The translations under genes were made by a program, and so were the position numbers. A stretch of DNA of 64,000 nucleotides. Origin: Camelus ferus (lineage: Eukaryota). Of the stretch, positions 37,750 through 52,687 are shown in pieces. Under the pieces are notes generated by a model. That model was given only the letters and a program-made list of their open reading frames with translations. It was not told the DNA's origin and made no database searches. Within the stretch, counting starts at the first letter, position 1. Each line of letters begins with the position of its first letter. The DNA is taken from NCBI RefSeq assembly GCF_009834535.1, contig NC_045697.1, positions 53,570,001 through 53,634,000 on the forward strand, given 5' to 3'.

Positions 37750-39800
37750 CCAGAGTATTTTTGTACAGATCTTACATTCTCAGACCTTAGAGATGCTCAC
37801 GAGGCTGAATTTAATACTTTTGCTTATTTTGTTCATAAACATTTTGTGTGGCCCTTATACTGGGCAGCGTCTCCTCTGGTGAGGATTCTTTACCTGGTAG
37901 GATGACCCAAATCTTTATCCACTTCAAATCAAAGTGATAATATGTCTTGTCTGAATGATTTGTCATAGCTCTCCATTGACCTTTACTATCGGAGATCAGA
38001 GTATTGTGATGTGCCCCAGTAATCTGCTGGATACTAGACATAATTTTGCCTACACTTATCATATGTCAACAACCTATTTCATCTTTGGTATTTTGGATAA
38101 ATTACCACAGCTCAGAGAGTAATGCTTTCTCTAATTAAATTATGAAGCAGAGGAGCCCAAAATATTCAAGACAGCTTCCAATCTAAGAAAATTATGTCTA
38201 TATGCCTGAGTGGAATCATTGTTCTCTTGAGAAATGCAATCTCCAAACTGTTGGACTCCAAGTTGTAGTAATGAAAAAGCACACTTGTTAGAGGACACAT
38301 TGCCACTTTCAATTCCTTGAAATCTTAACCCATGCATTCAAACTGAAATACAGAAGGCGTCTTACATCAGGCCATTTTTAAAGCATACACTGCATCCTTT
38401 AAGTCAACACCTGAAATACATAAGATATTATCTCCCAGCTAAAACCCTGAAAAGCTTTCATTACCTAGAGGGAAACTTGGTAAAATAAGCAAATTCCATG
38501 AATATTAGACTTTGCTGCATTTCCTCAGCTGTAAATACATTTCCTGGTCATATACAATGTTAATACCAATACCATGATTTTTATTAAGATTTTATGTCCA
38601 CGGTTTGTGATACTGTCAGAAATACTACAGGGAGATGGGGTGGGCAGGGGCTGGGGGAAATTCGTTATTTGGAAATTATAACTACATCTATGAAAGAAAA
38701 TTTTCTTTCCTCTAGAATGGAAGTGACCAATGCAATCTTCTGCCTCTGACTGGCTAGAATCCTAGGGTTGGTGCTATAGTGGGAAGGAGAAGGTTGGGGA
38801 GATATCCTCTACTAACAGATTGAACATGTAACAGCTGGAATAGCCAGATGAGCCTTGGTGAGGTGAAGTCCCTACTGTATATCCATGTATAGTTTCCATC
38901 CCATTCTCCTTTGCCCCTCTGTTCATAAAGGTTCATGATAAAATCCTGGAGCATCTGGAAAAAGACATTGGCGTCCTTAGGACTGCTCATCCAGAACACA
39001 TTGTCTGCTGCATTTGATTTCTGGAGGAAATTCCCATGGGATATGAATAGCTTTATACTCTATGAAAATTCCAAGAGGTTTATCCACATAATTCTACCTC
39101 AGACCTTGTATTTAATCTTCCCTCTGATTCTTCCCAAGTCTTTGATCAGTCAATCCATCCATTAACCACACCACCCATGAATCTGAATATCTGTAAAACA
39201 GGACATTTTTCCTATAAAGAGGAATTATCCAGATGCACTGCTTGACATTCTACTCTTTGTGAAGGAGTTGTTTCACCGTCTTTCAGAGACACCCTTGAAT
39301 GGGACTTTAACAATGCTTACTTTCTGCTGCTGCAAGAATACTGTGCATCTCATATATAAATTGGCCTTGAGGATGTTTTCCCTGTTTTCAGCTGGGAATT
39401 CCACTGTAAGTCTGAAGATGGAGATTGACTAAGATTTATTTTAAAACATTGGTAGGTTCCAGAAAATTCTTAGCCACATGCAAAGACATTTACTTGTTTT
39501 TCTCGATCTGCTCTGGTCTGCTGTCACACATGCTGTATTTCTTTAATTGTAGAACGTTGCTGCTGAATATTCAGTTATTTTTATGTTTTTACAACATAAT
39601 GGTCATTGGAAGTAGCATAATCACTTGGTGCCCATGATCAGGTATTCAGTCTCAACAGGGCAAGATAACCAGTGAAGGGCTGTTTCTTCTAATGGAGAAG
39701 AAATGTCAGAAAAATAGGTCATAGAAATGCCCAAAATCCTAGGATTTTTTTTGATGTTTATCAAAAGTTTATTTAACTGTCTGCCATCTATCTGCTACAG
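37750..39800 (-). mobile_element. Very decayed ERVL internal (pol) remnant
   Basis: Minus strand gives degenerate PLGFW...VETE.L.MG (39600-39745), YSDSW...NG..W (39080-39195) and KIWVILPGKE (37885-37920), resembling ERV-L pol. A class III LTR-like remnant lies at ~37380-37640. Confidence 0.6.
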
Positions 39801-39824
39801 GCACAGCAGGTACACTTGGATTTT

Positions 39825-40520
39825 CTTCTTTTTAAATTGTGCTTTAAAAAAATGAGAGCTGCCCTCTCGTATTTTCACCTGTACAGAACAGGATTGTTAA
39901 CTATAAGCACAATGTACAACTGATCTCTAGGACCTGCGAGCTTGCACGGCTGAAACTTCCACTTCCTGAACTGCAACTCCCATTGTGCCCTCCCTCTGTC
40001 CCTGGCATTCACCACTCTACTTTCTGCTTCATTGAGTTTGATTACTTAAAATACGTCAAATAACTAGGATCACGCAGTACTTTTTCTTCTGTGACTGGCC
40101 TATTGCACGTAGCATAATGTCCCTACGTTTCTTCCATGTTGTAGCATGTGACAGAATTTCCTTCTTTTTTTTTAATATTCCATTGTATGCATATGCCACA
40201 GTTTCTTTTTACATTCATCTGTGAATTTGCTTTTAGTTTCCCTTTATAGCTTAGTTATTGTGAGTAATGCTGCAATGAACATGCTAGTGCAGATATCTTT
40301 TTGAGATACTGACTGCAATTATTTTAGATAAGTACCCAGAAGAGGAATTGCTGATCATATAGTGCTCAACTTTTAGTATTTGGAGAATCTCCTTACTTTT
40401 TTCAGTAGTGGACACACCCTTTTACTTTTTCATCAACAATGCACAAAGATTCCAACTTCTGCAGATCCTTAGCCATACTTGTTATTTTTTGTTTCTTTCA
40501 TAATGGCCATACTGACAGGT
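39825..40520 (-). mobile_element. L1MA-type 3' fragment
   Basis: tgtagcatgtgacagaatttccttc...aatgctgcaatgaacatg...tacccagaagaggaattgctg. Confidence 0.75.
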
Positions 40521-42249
40521 ATGACAAGTATTTCTAGCTATTTTGTTAGGTAACTAACATATATTTCTCTAGTACTTACAATGACTCCATGACGCAGACA
40601 TGTACATTTTAGTAGAATGAGTAAGAAAGCCATATGCATTTAATGGAATTTTGTGGAGATATATATAATCATAAGTTTAAAAAATAAGTGTTTATATAAA
40701 TGTATACATGTAATTCTATATATATTTGATGTTCATTTCAAATTATACATCCCAATGAATAATGACTAGAAAAAGTATAAAACTTAATTCAATGTTTATT
40801 TCACTCTCATTTATTCAACAAACATTTTTAGAGAAAATATGGAAAAATTTTGGAGAATCATTGTGCTATTATAAGGGATATAATAGTTAATAAGATTAAC
40901 ACTGTGTTTTTCACCTAGTAGGAGCCCCTAAAGTGCACATAACATAAGCTTCATTGCTGATAAATGAATAGCAATAGTCCTGGTTATAATAGACAAATGC
41001 AGAAAGACATGATTCCAGACAAAGGACAAAGGAAAGACTCATAATTTTAAGAAAGTAGAAAACTAATGTTGAGAAGTTTATTATTTGTAGAACTTTTCAA
41101 ATAAGCCAGAATGAATAAATATTAATAGGACCAAATCACTCAAGCAATATAAGCCATATGAAGCTGTGGGGATTTGTCCTATAATTAACTCTTGAACTTT
41201 AAGTCTCTCAGAATCCAGGTATCCCAAACAAAAGAGTAAAATATGAGAAGTCCCAGTGTTAAGATGATGAGGAGGAAATTTCCTATCCATCTCTTTAAAA
41301 CAAGTTTATAATGTCTTTTTGCATATACTGAATTAAATGGCATATTTAGGCAAAATAGCCCAGCACTCATCAAATTTAGGCTTTTTGCCTTCATTGATGT
41401 GATTTTGAACATGAAAAGAAACAATACAAGCATAATGCCATACAATGGCTATCTCTGAGAAGGAGCTGAGCTGAACTTTGACTCACAGGCTCGAACCTAA
41501 AAATACTTAGATAAACTAATTTTTGCAACAGCTCCCTTTGGAGCTATTGAAACAAAGACACTTAAAATATATTTGGATATTTTCTTGTAAAACTGATTTA
41601 AATTAAAAAAAATATGTCCTTCAGGAAATTCTGTCTGGATGTGTTAATTTTCTATTTCAAAGATACTCAATCAAACAGCATAAAATAAATGCTGTTAGAA
41701 TCCACAAATCTGAATCTAAATTTCACAGGATCTTTCTTACCCATATCAAGGACAATGCCAACTACTAGATAGCAAAGCAAGTGATATTATGGAAGCTCCT
41801 AAAGCTTTTCTCCCTGTGGGAGGATGGAGAGGTTTGATGGTGATGAAAGGGAGAGAAAATTCAAGGAGAACATTCCAGGGTCATGCTGTTTGATTGACTA
41901 AAATCTTTAAGGATGAGTAGCATTTACCCAGTGTGTACAAAGCTTAGCAGGCAGTGATTACAAGTATAAGCATAAAGAGATGGGTTTATATTTCACTTTT
42001 GGAGATTTCTAGCTTCTTCAATAACGGAAACAAGAATATGACCCCTTGTTCTCCCCTCTGTATTAACCACGTCAATATTTCCAGGCCTTGAGGTTCTCAT
42101 ATCAAAAGGCGACACCTTCACCTCAGTGGCTGCCACCAAAACTTTACACTAGTCCTTGTTTGCATTCGTTCCTTCCCACTTGCACCTGCGTGCCAGCCAG
42201 CCTTGATTCCTTTTGGTTCCTCTTCAAAGGCATTCTTTGAATCCACCAT

Positions 42250-42860
42250 TAACTCTCAAGTGGACCTCTGCAGGGTCTCCTAACTATACTTCTTTTTTCC
42301 ACATTTCTTCTCTTTTTCACCATCCATTCTTCAGCCAGCAACCAGAGTGATCTTTTAAACTTTAAATCAAATTTGTCACTGGTCAGTTCCATATTATAAG
42401 TCACAAAGTCCGCCTCAATACCATGTCCCTCAAGCGCCCTCCTGAATGAGAAAACTCTGGTCTACCTTGCCTGCCTGCCCCACCGCTATTCCTCTAGCAC
42501 GTCATGCTCCTGACTACAGACACTTCCTTTCCCACCAGCCAGAGAAAAGCTCACACTGAGGTTTTTTTCATATTTTGTCCCCTTTTCCAGAAATACCTTT
42601 CCTAGCTCTTGTGTAATCCTTTAGAGTTCAGCTTAAATTTAGTTTTACTGAAAGTAGTCCTTTCCCACCCTATATAATTCCCTTCCAAAACAATTCTTTT
42701 TATCTTATTTTTTCCTTAGATTTGTATTGATTAATAAAATATAGATAATGGAAGGCAAAGCCCCTTATCTTGTTTGTTACCAGATTCTCCAGTACCTAGT
42801 GGTCATCTGGGTATATAGCAGGTAGACAATAAATATTAACTGATTTATTGAATAAATAAA
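42250..42860 (+). mobile_element. L2 3' remnant
   Basis: ccagagtgatcttttaaa...tagcaggtagacaataaatatt...ttattgaataaataaa L2 terminus. Confidence 0.6.
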
Positions 42861-43225
42861 GAACACATATTTATTGACAGACATAGGCTGCCATTTTAGA
42901 AAAAGAGACTGGGAGTGAATAGAAGACAGGAGAAAACCTCAAGAGTTGGTGAATCAGAAAGCACAATAAGAATTTCAGTAACTGAAATAAAGTAGAGTTG
43001 ACTTCTAGGCCATGTAAGTAAAATGACTGAAGTTATATTCTTTAATATGATTTAGGAATTTTGCTGCTCATCCTGGTATGAGCTATTTCCATGAAATAAT
43101 AGAAAAAGAAAATATAAGATAGATAGAAGGTAAGGAAATGAGAGAAAATGTATAGACAAATTTTATAAAATTTAGTTATAAATGGGAAAAAAGAGATAAC
43201 ATGAAACAAAGATACTGTATCAATA

Positions 43226-43279
43226 TCTCTATCTATCTATCTATCTATCCATCCATCCATCCATCCATCTATCTATCTA
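43226..43279. repeat. (TCTA)n(TCCA)n microsatellite
   Basis: Directly visible. Confidence 0.85.
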
Positions 43280-45509
43280 ATATAACATTGTTTAGTGTCA
43301 CATGCTTGGCATTATTCTAAGTGCTCTAAATGTATTAACCCTATTCCTTCTTTCCTTATAGGAAGAGGGTATTACTTTCAGTACATTTTATATATAAGGA
43401 AATTGAGGCACAAATAGATTGAATAATTTTTAATGTCATACTGCTGAGTCGTGTTTGGGGGAAGATTTACCATAAGCACATGAGCCCAGAAGGTGAGGAC
43501 CTCAGGAAAAAACTGACCTTGACAAGAGTGAATCTCATGGTAGTAATTCAATAGATGTAAAAGGTGAGGAGGAAGAAGGGAAGTTTTGCTTGTAGGCAAG
43601 TTTGTAGTATTCAGGTTGGGAAGTAAACAATTTGATCCCATGCAAAGATAAGACAGAATATAAGTTTTTTCACATTTATTTCAAGTTCTACATGCACTCA
43701 AATGTTTAACAATCAAGCTAATCACTACTTACGTTCTTCCATATACTAAGAAACACTCTATTCATCTTATCTGCCATCAAATTACACCTAACAACACTTC
43801 AAAAACCTTCCAGTGCTCTTGATAAACTCTGTGTCCCTTACCTACTATAGGGAGAGACCTCCACTCCTGTTTTACTGGGAGTGTGTCCAGGCTTTGTGAA
43901 CCACTCCATATTCCTCTGTCTCCATCTGTGGCCCCACTTCTCTTTCTCCATATTCAGCCATCCTCACGTAGCGGTGGGAAAGACTTGTTCCAATTGCAGT
44001 CACCACTCGTAGTAAATGATTAAGGGCCCCACAAAACAGAAAAATTATTTATGATTTCCAGCATCACAGATAAGGACCAAACACCTATCAAAGTGAAGAA
44101 AGTAAGTCCTTTTCATATAATCTTATTTCTCTCCCATCATTTCCCTAAAACGTCAATGTAATCCCATATCTAATTCAGTGATAATTCCTGGGAACGTTTG
44201 TTAGAAATTAACACTACCCTTTCAAAACTCTTCCACTAACACTTTGTTTAGCTTCCTAACTGCCGTCTGTCCTGTTTGTTTCCTTGGATATAGAGGCTGG
44301 TCCTAGGCATCAGCTTTTGGAAAAACAAATGAAATACTTGCATGGTCCACAAAAGGACAGATACCACTACATCAGAGACTATAAAATGGAAGTCTTTATA
44401 TCTTACTTCAGACTTACTCATTTGGAGTTCTCAAATAGCAGAGATGTGACCCTTGATCTCCTTTCAGTATCTCCAGCTGAGGCAAAATCTGTGTGGTTTT
44501 GCAACTGTGGCAATAAAGCAATTTGATCACAAAATATCACAAGCTTAGTTTACCTAATATATTCTCTGAATTATTTACATTTTTTGCATATGACTGTAGT
44601 TTATTCGTCCTCAACATTGTGATATCCCATTACATCAATATATCACAATAATTTATCCAAATTTGTGTGTATAGCTGTATTGTAAATCTAAAACATATTT
44701 CAATAATACTCTTTCTTTACCACAACACAGTAGATGTAATCAAACTATCCACCTTGAATCTTCACTTAATTTTACACCTTTTTTGTACTTCTACTTGCTT
44801 TATAGTTTAAAGTGGTGCTATTAGCTGCATTCACATAACAATTATTATAGCTTCCCAGTGAACTGAAATTTTAAATTTTTTTTCTCAGTAACTTTTAATT
44901 TTGATAATGCTTTTTAGTTGGAATAAATTATTTTCTAATATCAATATAACAATACCTGTATTCTTTTGTCAAGTATATATGTGATATATTTTCATACATT
45001 TACTTTAAATGTGTATGCTTTAATATTTTTGATGTTATTTTTTTAATCCTGAATATAACTAGATATTTTAAAATCTACTGTTTATGAATATTTTCTAAAC
45101 ACAAAATTTTCATCTACTTTTATTCATTTGGAAACTATTATATTTCATTCTCAATATCTTTTCATGAGTTTTCTGAATTTTAGATTATATTTCCCCAACT
45201 TTCTTTTGTTTTTAGAACTGGATGCTTAGTGTTTTGCTGTGCTTTTTTGTTTTTCTCTTTTATTATCTGAAAGTTACACACTGTACTAATATTTAGGTGT
45301 ACCTCTCTTAACCAGTGCATAACTGAATTTTTATAATCACTGTAAGTTTTACATCTTTTACTTGGGAACTTTTACCCAGTGATAAATGCTAGTGAAACTG
45401 ACATACTTTACTTTTATGATCATTTTGTATATTTCTATTTCTCTGATTTTTAAAAATTCTTTTTTCCTTTTGGCTTTTTAGTATGTTCCCATGGACAAGT
45501 TGAAGTTTT

Positions 45510-45955
45510 ATTGTATTTTGTACTAAAGTATAAGTGAATTACAAAGTTATACTTGTTTCAGGTATACAACACAATGATTCAATATTTTTATGCATTACTA
45601 AATGATCAATATAAGTCTAGTTAGAATCTGTCACCATTCAAAAATATTACAATATTATTGACTATATTCCCTATGCTGTAACTACATCCCTTTGATTTAT
45701 TTATTTTATAACTGAAGTTTGTACCTCTTAGCCTCCCTCATCCATTTCACTGATTCCCCCAGACTTATCACCTCTGGAAACCACCTGTTTGTTTTCTGTA
45801 TCTATGAGTCTATTTCTGTTTTCTTGTGTTCATTTTATTTTTAGATTTTACATACAAGAGAATTAAACAGTAGTTGCCTTTCTCTGACATTTCACTGAGC
45901 ATAATATCCTCTAGGTCCATCTCTGTTGTTGCAAATGGCAAGATTTCATTTTTTT
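45510..45955 (-). mobile_element. L1 3' fragment
   Basis: caggtatacaacacaatgattc...tattccctatgctgta...ctaggtccatc...gcaaatggcaagatttcatt. Confidence 0.75.
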
Positions 45956-47004
45956 ATATAGAATTTACTACATAAATCATAGGTAATTGTGGGTCTCTAA
46001 AACACTAGAAATGTTTTATTATCTTACCGCTATTCTCAGTGTGGCCTGCTCTAAGTAAAAAAGTGCACATTCGAGTCACAACTGCAGAGATAGTTTCCTC
46101 ACTCTTTGTGGGGGCAACAACAGTTTAAAGCAGACTTGCAAGCAAGTAGTTTCTTTCCCAGTGGTGGATAAAAACTTAGGCTAAGCACTCATTAAGGAAT
46201 GCAGATTTCCTTAACTAAATCTTGAAGAATGGGGAAGAATGATATCATACAGGAAAAAGGGGGACTGGTTGTTTTCGGGGCCAATTTGCAAGGCTAGTTT
46301 AAAGAGCACAGAAGATAAAGCTATAAAAGGGCTGGACTACCGCAAAAATTACAAGTAATTAGATCAAGGCACTTATAGAGGCAGGTTTTGCCATGTAATT
46401 TACTCAATATTAGAGAAACAACAAGGAGTATTAAGTATTTCTCTCGATTCTTGACAGTAAAAAACTCACAACTGACTTAAACCTTCCCTGTTGAAAAAGT
46501 TTGCATTTCCTGTTCTGGGTGCTACTGTTTAACACCCTGGTACTTTGAGTTGGTGTGCACAACATCAACGACCGCCTTAATAATGCAGCAGTCTGCGTAT
46601 TGTCATTGGCTGTTAGACTAAGCGCTGAGTCACCTGGGTTCAGTAATTTCAGTAAGTACATTTTTTGTTGGTAGTTCCCCTTTATTGAAATGCAGCAAAG
46701 GTACTCTTCTGTCTCTTCCCTTTTTGGGGGAATTTTACTTTTTTATTTTTTTGTCGTTTTTTGTGTGTATGTATTTTATTCTACATTTTAACAATGTGTA
46801 GATGCTTGCATGATATAATCTAGTCATACAGTTCCTCAAAAGGTCTTGCTGCTATTAGGTGTTATGCACTATACCCAACATAATTACATTAAATGCAGTT
46901 TGTATGTAAACAAATACAGGACAATTGGCCAAATAATAATAACAATGAAACTTAGAACACCATATTAGGTAGTATGTTTTAAGAAGGTGAAGTTTAAGAT
47001 GACA

Positions 47005-47420
47005 TTAGAAGAATGAGATAGAGACCAAAAGAGAAAACCTATCATATGATATAACTTATATGTGGAATATTTTTAAAAAATCAAATTTTATTTACAAACC
47101 AGAAATAGACTCATGGTCATAGAAGACAAACTGTGGTTACCAGTGGAGAAAAGCAGAGGGAGGAATAGATAAGGAGCTTGGGATTAAGAGTTACATATTA
47201 TCATATATAAAATAGATAAGCAACAAAGACCTACTATATAGCATGGAGAGCTATATTCAATATCTTACAATAAACTATAATGGAAATGAATCTGAAAAAG
47301 AATCTATATATGCATATATGTAACTGAATCACTTTGCCATACAAAAGAAATTAATACAACATTGTACATCAACTATACTTCAATAAAAAATAAAAATTAA
47401 AAAAAATAAATTCAAAAAAA
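47005..47420 (+). mobile_element. L1 3' fragment with A-rich tail
   Basis: atatgtggaat...ccagaaatagactca...aactatacttcaataaaaaa. Confidence 0.8.
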
Positions 47421-47940
47421 ATTTTTTAAAGAAGAGAAAAATAGCAATTGTAAGGGTACTGACATAGACAAAAATTTTGCCCCTAGCTTTGTCGAGGTAT
47501 AATTAACAAATAAAACTGTGTAGATTTAAAGTATAAAATGTGATGATGGGTATGTGTATACATTGTGAAGTATTAAGCACAATCAATATAATTAAAAATC
47601 TACCACCTTACATAGCTTTCTTTGTGTGTAGGGGGCAAGTGAGGGAAAACCCTTCAGATTAATGTGAGAAGACTCAAACTTGTGAATCAACTCTACTTTA
47701 ATTTAAAAAAAAAAAAACAACTCTAACTGCTGGAGACTTCTTAGACATATTGATGTAATCCCTCCATCACACAGTCTCTTGGTCTCAGGCACTCCAGGTG
47801 TGCCCCAGGCGAGCGGATAGAAGCAGAGAGAGAGGAAGGGAAAAAGAGTGAGGAAAAAAGAATCAGCGAGAGAGACACAGAATTACCGCCTTTTCCAACT
47901 AAGCTTGGACGCTAAGGTGCATCACTTCCACTGCATTCTT

Positions 47941-48547
47941 TTTTTTTTTTTAATCGAAGTATAGTTGATTCACAATGTTATGTTAGTTTCTGGTGTACAG
48001 CAGAGTGCTTTATTTATACATACACATATATAATCCTTTTCATATTCTTTTTCATTATAGGCCATTATGAGGTGTTGAATATAGGTCCCTGTGCTATACA
48101 GTTTAAACTTGCTGTTCATCTATTTTATATACAGTAGTTAGTATCTGCAAATCCCAAACTCCCAATTTATCCCTCCCTACCCGTTATCCCCCTGGTAACC
48201 ATAGATTTGTTTTCTATGTCTGTGACTCTGTTTTGTAAATAAGTTCATTTGCGCCTTTTTTTTTTTCCAGATTCCATATATAAGTGACAGTATTTTTCTT
48301 TCTCTTTCTGGTTTACTTCACTTAGTATGACAATCTCCAGGTCCAACCACGTTGCTGAAAATGGCATTATTTTATTCTTTTTATGGCTGAGTAGTATTCC
48401 ATTGTATACATATACCACAACTTCTTTATCCAGTCATCTGCCAATGAATATATATGTTGCTTCCATATTTTGGCTATGGTAAATAGTGCTGCTATGAATA
48501 TTGGGGTGCATGTGTCTTTTCAAATTAGATTTTCTTCTGGATATATA
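47941..48547 (-). mobile_element. L1 3' fragment inserted in an MLT1-like LTR
   Basis: Poly(T) then taatcgaagtatagttg. TSD CATTCTTTTT at 47934 and 48548. Host motifs atcacttccactgcattc / caaagttcaaggggaggag rejoin across it. Confidence 0.8.
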
Positions 48548-49164
48548 CATTCTTTTTATTGAGATAGCTGCAAGCTTTTCCAAAGTTCAAGGGGAGGAGA
48601 TATGATGAGAGGATTGTCCAAGCATTTGTAATCCTGTCACAAAATCACTACAGATATAATATGTTGAATCAAGCAGAGTTCACCAAGTCACAATAAAATT
48701 TATTAAATATTGCCATTAAAAACTCAGCAGGTGCTAAGAATTATGAGCCTTTAGATTTTACAACTATTGAAAATTTTAATAAACATAGTAATATATTTAT
48801 TCCTAGATATTTTAAATAAGAAATAATACCATAAAAAGGGACCCAATTCAATAAAATGGATAATACGCCTGAGAAAAGTAATGGTGTTTTCCTAAATCAT
48901 CTTAGGAAAAAAGCAGGTGGCAGAAGTGAGGAAGATAGTCTGCTATAGGAAAGCCTGGAGGTAAGAAGCCCAGTCTAGAGCTACTGAACATTTATAGATG
49001 AGGCATCACTAGCAAGGCTGGTGATTTATTTATCAGTTGTCAACAAGAGATGGCAGTAAAGAGAAAGTCTTTGGGAAGAACCTGTCACATTGCAGCAACA
49101 CAGTTTCAGTTTTCTTAAATGAGTGATAAAAACATCTTTATTCTCAAGGAAAACAAATTTTCAT

Positions 49165-49418
49165 TACCGAGGGGAAAAGGGAGTTGGAAGGGACAAATCG
49201 GGAGTTTAAGGTTTGCAGATTCTAACTACTGTATATAAAATAGATAAGCAATAAGTTTATACTTTATAGCACAGGGAACTATATTCAATATCTTACAGTA
49301 ACATATAATGAAAAGGAATATATGTATGTGTATGTATGACTGAAACATTATGCTGTACACCAGAAATTGACACAACATTGTAAACTGACTATACTTCAAT
49401 TTAAAAAATGGAAAAAAA
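49165..49418 (+). mobile_element. Short L1 3' end
   Basis: gggacaaatcgggagttt...tgtacaccagaaattgacacaacattgtaaactgactatacttcaat. Confidence 0.8.
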
Positions 49419-51309
49419 ATCTCTCTTCTAATCCACATGTCAAACAATTCCAGGACCAGAAATTTTTTTCCTAGTCCTGTATTAGGTAATACTGAGACCC
49501 AGTAAAAAAAAAATGTCCCAGGATGACAAGTTGTGACCAAGTAAAGTAGTATGCTTATTAAAACACAAAGCTTTCTCTCTAAGGTAAGAGTCATACCTTA
49601 CCTCACGGTATCCAGCAATCGGAAGTTATGTCATGAACTTTGCCCAGTCCCAACCAGTTCCTTCCTTTACAAAGTCTCCTCATATCACCAGCCACACCCC
49701 AGCATCTTAGAATTACTTTCCCTCTTCTGAAGCAGCAGTCAAGCTCAAAGTGCTGTTCCCCCTTCCTGTAATAAATCAAATGACTGTAGCCTTGCTTAAC
49801 CTATATTTTTTTTCCCTTGTTGTTTGCTTTAGGTTAGTGTTCCTTTGAGGAATTAACACATAACTCAAGAATTTAAAAGGATCTGACCTCCTAACAGAAT
49901 TCCTTGAATAAAGTGGAAAGACACTGTAAGTAGGCTTCTTGACTTTGTATATCACTCTATGTCCAATGTATTTACTAGTGAATTTATCCACGTTTCTTCT
50001 TGGCGGTTTTCAGGAAGTCTCTTTAGGTACGTAGGTTTTCCTGAATATGAAAGCTATACATGAAAATATAACCTGACCATGAGGTGTCATATAATTGCTT
50101 TTGTAAAAGAAGGAAAGTGCTCTTGTTAAATCATCTCTATGTACATTAATAAGAACTCCCAATTTGCTAACCACAATATTTTCCTGGTGTTTCAAATTCT
50201 CACTAAAGATAGGCTCCCTAAATTAAGCCTCTGGTAAGACTGATATATTAACTTTCTTTTCTGGTGATACTACGTTAATTAACTGAGAGAAGGATTTATG
50301 AAAACAGTTTTTTTCGTCAAGGTCTTATATCCTTTTTCCTTCTAGCACGTGCTCTGATGCGATAGAGCATGTTATATTGATATCATCTCATATTAAGAAA
50401 ATAGCTTCTTAAAACCCCTGTAGTCTGTTTTCTTCCTATTTTCAAAGTCCTACTGAAATTGCTGTACATCAATATTATTTTAATATCAAATGCTTAAATC
50501 TTGAATATAAATTTGATACTATTTCTAATCCTTACTCAGATATTTTAAGGGATCTAAAGCTATGATTTATAATGAATATGACAAATTTTACCTGTAAACT
50601 ATTTATATAGGGTAAATTTTCCACCCAAAATAAATAGGTAAAGAAGTAAATGAGTTAGTGGGTAAAACATATGATCAATCAATCTATGAACTAATTGGGG
50701 TCCATAATATAAAAGTATAGAAAATATTCCTTTACATTTTTAACATTAAAGCCTGTTGTGTAAGTTGATACTAAACCAAGTGTTACCTCCCTAATATCTT
50801 ACTATATGTGTTTTCAGGCAATTTAAATGATTGGAACAGAATTTCTCTTATCTAATATATGCATTACTGAATGATTTATAATGCACCACTACAACTAATT
50901 TCTGAGAGAGGCTTATTTTCATAAATAATACTATCAGGTAGGATAGTATTGTAATAATCCTGATCTCTGTTGTGTGGTGAAGTTCTTTGATCTCAGGTAG
51001 GACCAGACCAAATGCTGGAGTGCATTCCCAAAGTTTTTGGAAAAAAATATCATGAGTTTGCCAGTATATAATCAGATATATATATGTGTGTGTGTGTGTG
51101 TGTATCAGAAGGAATCCCTCCAGTCTTGATATTTGTGAAACTGCTTAAAGCTTCAAATAGAATTTTAACATTTCTTTCTTATTCTTCTTCTTACTTTGGT
51201 TTCTGAGACAAATTTCTCTTGTCAAAAGGGGCACTAATAAAAGTTGAAATCCCATAGCTAATTTTTCTCCAGCACTATACTCTTGGCACTATGTAGGGGC
51301 TTTATCTAT

Positions 51310-51955
51310 CTGGTCTATTCTTTTTATTCTCAGTAGATAGGTTCTATAAAGTTGCTGTGATCACAGCATTAGTGAGCACTGAGTCAGTGCTCCTAGGTTC
51401 CCTCAAGCCTCTTGTCCCAGTATTTTCATCAACTGATAAACATATGACTTTGTTTTATGTGTGTTTCTGTTTTAAAACACCTTATTTGATCTATATTGCT
51501 GATTCATTAACACTGAACTCATAGCCAACTGTGCTATAACTCATGGAACTGAATGAAATTTATCTAGAGAACATATTTTCTTCCTAAGGCACATCCCAGC
51601 CTCCTTACTTCTTCTTAAGAAAAATAGAAAGCACGTCAGCACCCTCCTGGGGGCCATTCTAAACAGTGAAATCGGCAACAAAAAGGCACAAAACACACAA
51701 AAGAGTAGCATTAATGAGACTGGAAAGGGACACTTGTTTACAGTCTGAGAGCTGCTACAACAAGGCAGAGTGTTGCCTTGTTCAAGACTCACCTGGGAAT
51801 GTGCCTGTTGTGAGTATATGTTTTTATCGTTCTCTGTGTGTGTCCATGAATGACCATGAAAGCACCGCAAGCACTGATTTTGGGGTTAGAAATAAATTTT
51901 AGTGAGTTGGCAAATTTGAAAATACAGAATCTGTATATAATGAGAAATGGCTGTA
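51310..51955 (-). mobile_element. TcMar-Tigger non-autonomous DNA transposon (MER82-like)
   Basis: gttctataaagttgct...ggggccattctaaacagtgaaatcggcaacaaaaag...ttttggggttagaaataaattttagtgag...ctgta matches the recalled MER82 consensus over ~640 bp. Confidence 0.75.
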
Positions 51956-52687
51956 CTAAACCATTTTATTCTCACGCAATCTAATGAGATAGGTGTCTAA
52001 ACCTCCTCCCCACTCTCCGCCATGTTGCTTCTTTTTTCTTACACATCTATATTTTATAGGAAAGGTACTGTGGGCATGTTTGTGGTCTTTGTATATTTCC
52101 TAGGTATCATAGTACTATATAGTAAATCACCAGATTCCTGAGCCTTTGAATATGCTCATATATTTCCACTTTTAATATAATATGATCAGAATTTGATTAT
52201 TTTAAATACCTCATTGCAAATTACTTGAAGAGAATACAAAAGCTCCCATATCACTTCAATCTCACTTTTATTATTAGTACTTTATTGTGTATAATTACAT
52301 GCATTTGATTAATATTTATAGTTTTTCTGGCTGACTAGTCTATAAAGATTTCAACTGTGTCTATCTTATTCACCTATCCTTCTTCAGTACAGAGTGTAGA
52401 ATCTGGAATCTATTAGGCACAAGATACATATTTGTTGAGAAAATTGTCCCTTATTTTGTGTTGGACAGTGAAAGACTGTTTTATTGTGACTATATCCACA
52501 TGATCTTAAATTTCTCTCATTACTTTTACATCTGTTATGTAGCCAAGAATCTTTGGTAATAATGAAACATGAAACACATAACATATGAGGAAATGGTGTG
52601 AAGAAACTTTACGTATTGCCTTATATCATAAAAAGACAACATCTGAATTGGAGATAGAAAACTCTTTCCAAGAGACCAAAGTTTTAC

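Noticed and set aside
46624..46633. GCTGAGTCAC ARE/AP-1-like motif in a CpG-retaining patch
   Set aside because: Isolated motif far from any promoter, with an imperfect flank.
50935..51055. Faint minus-strand resemblance to UGT2 exon 3
   Set aside because: No convincing peptide match or splice sites; needs an alignment to test.
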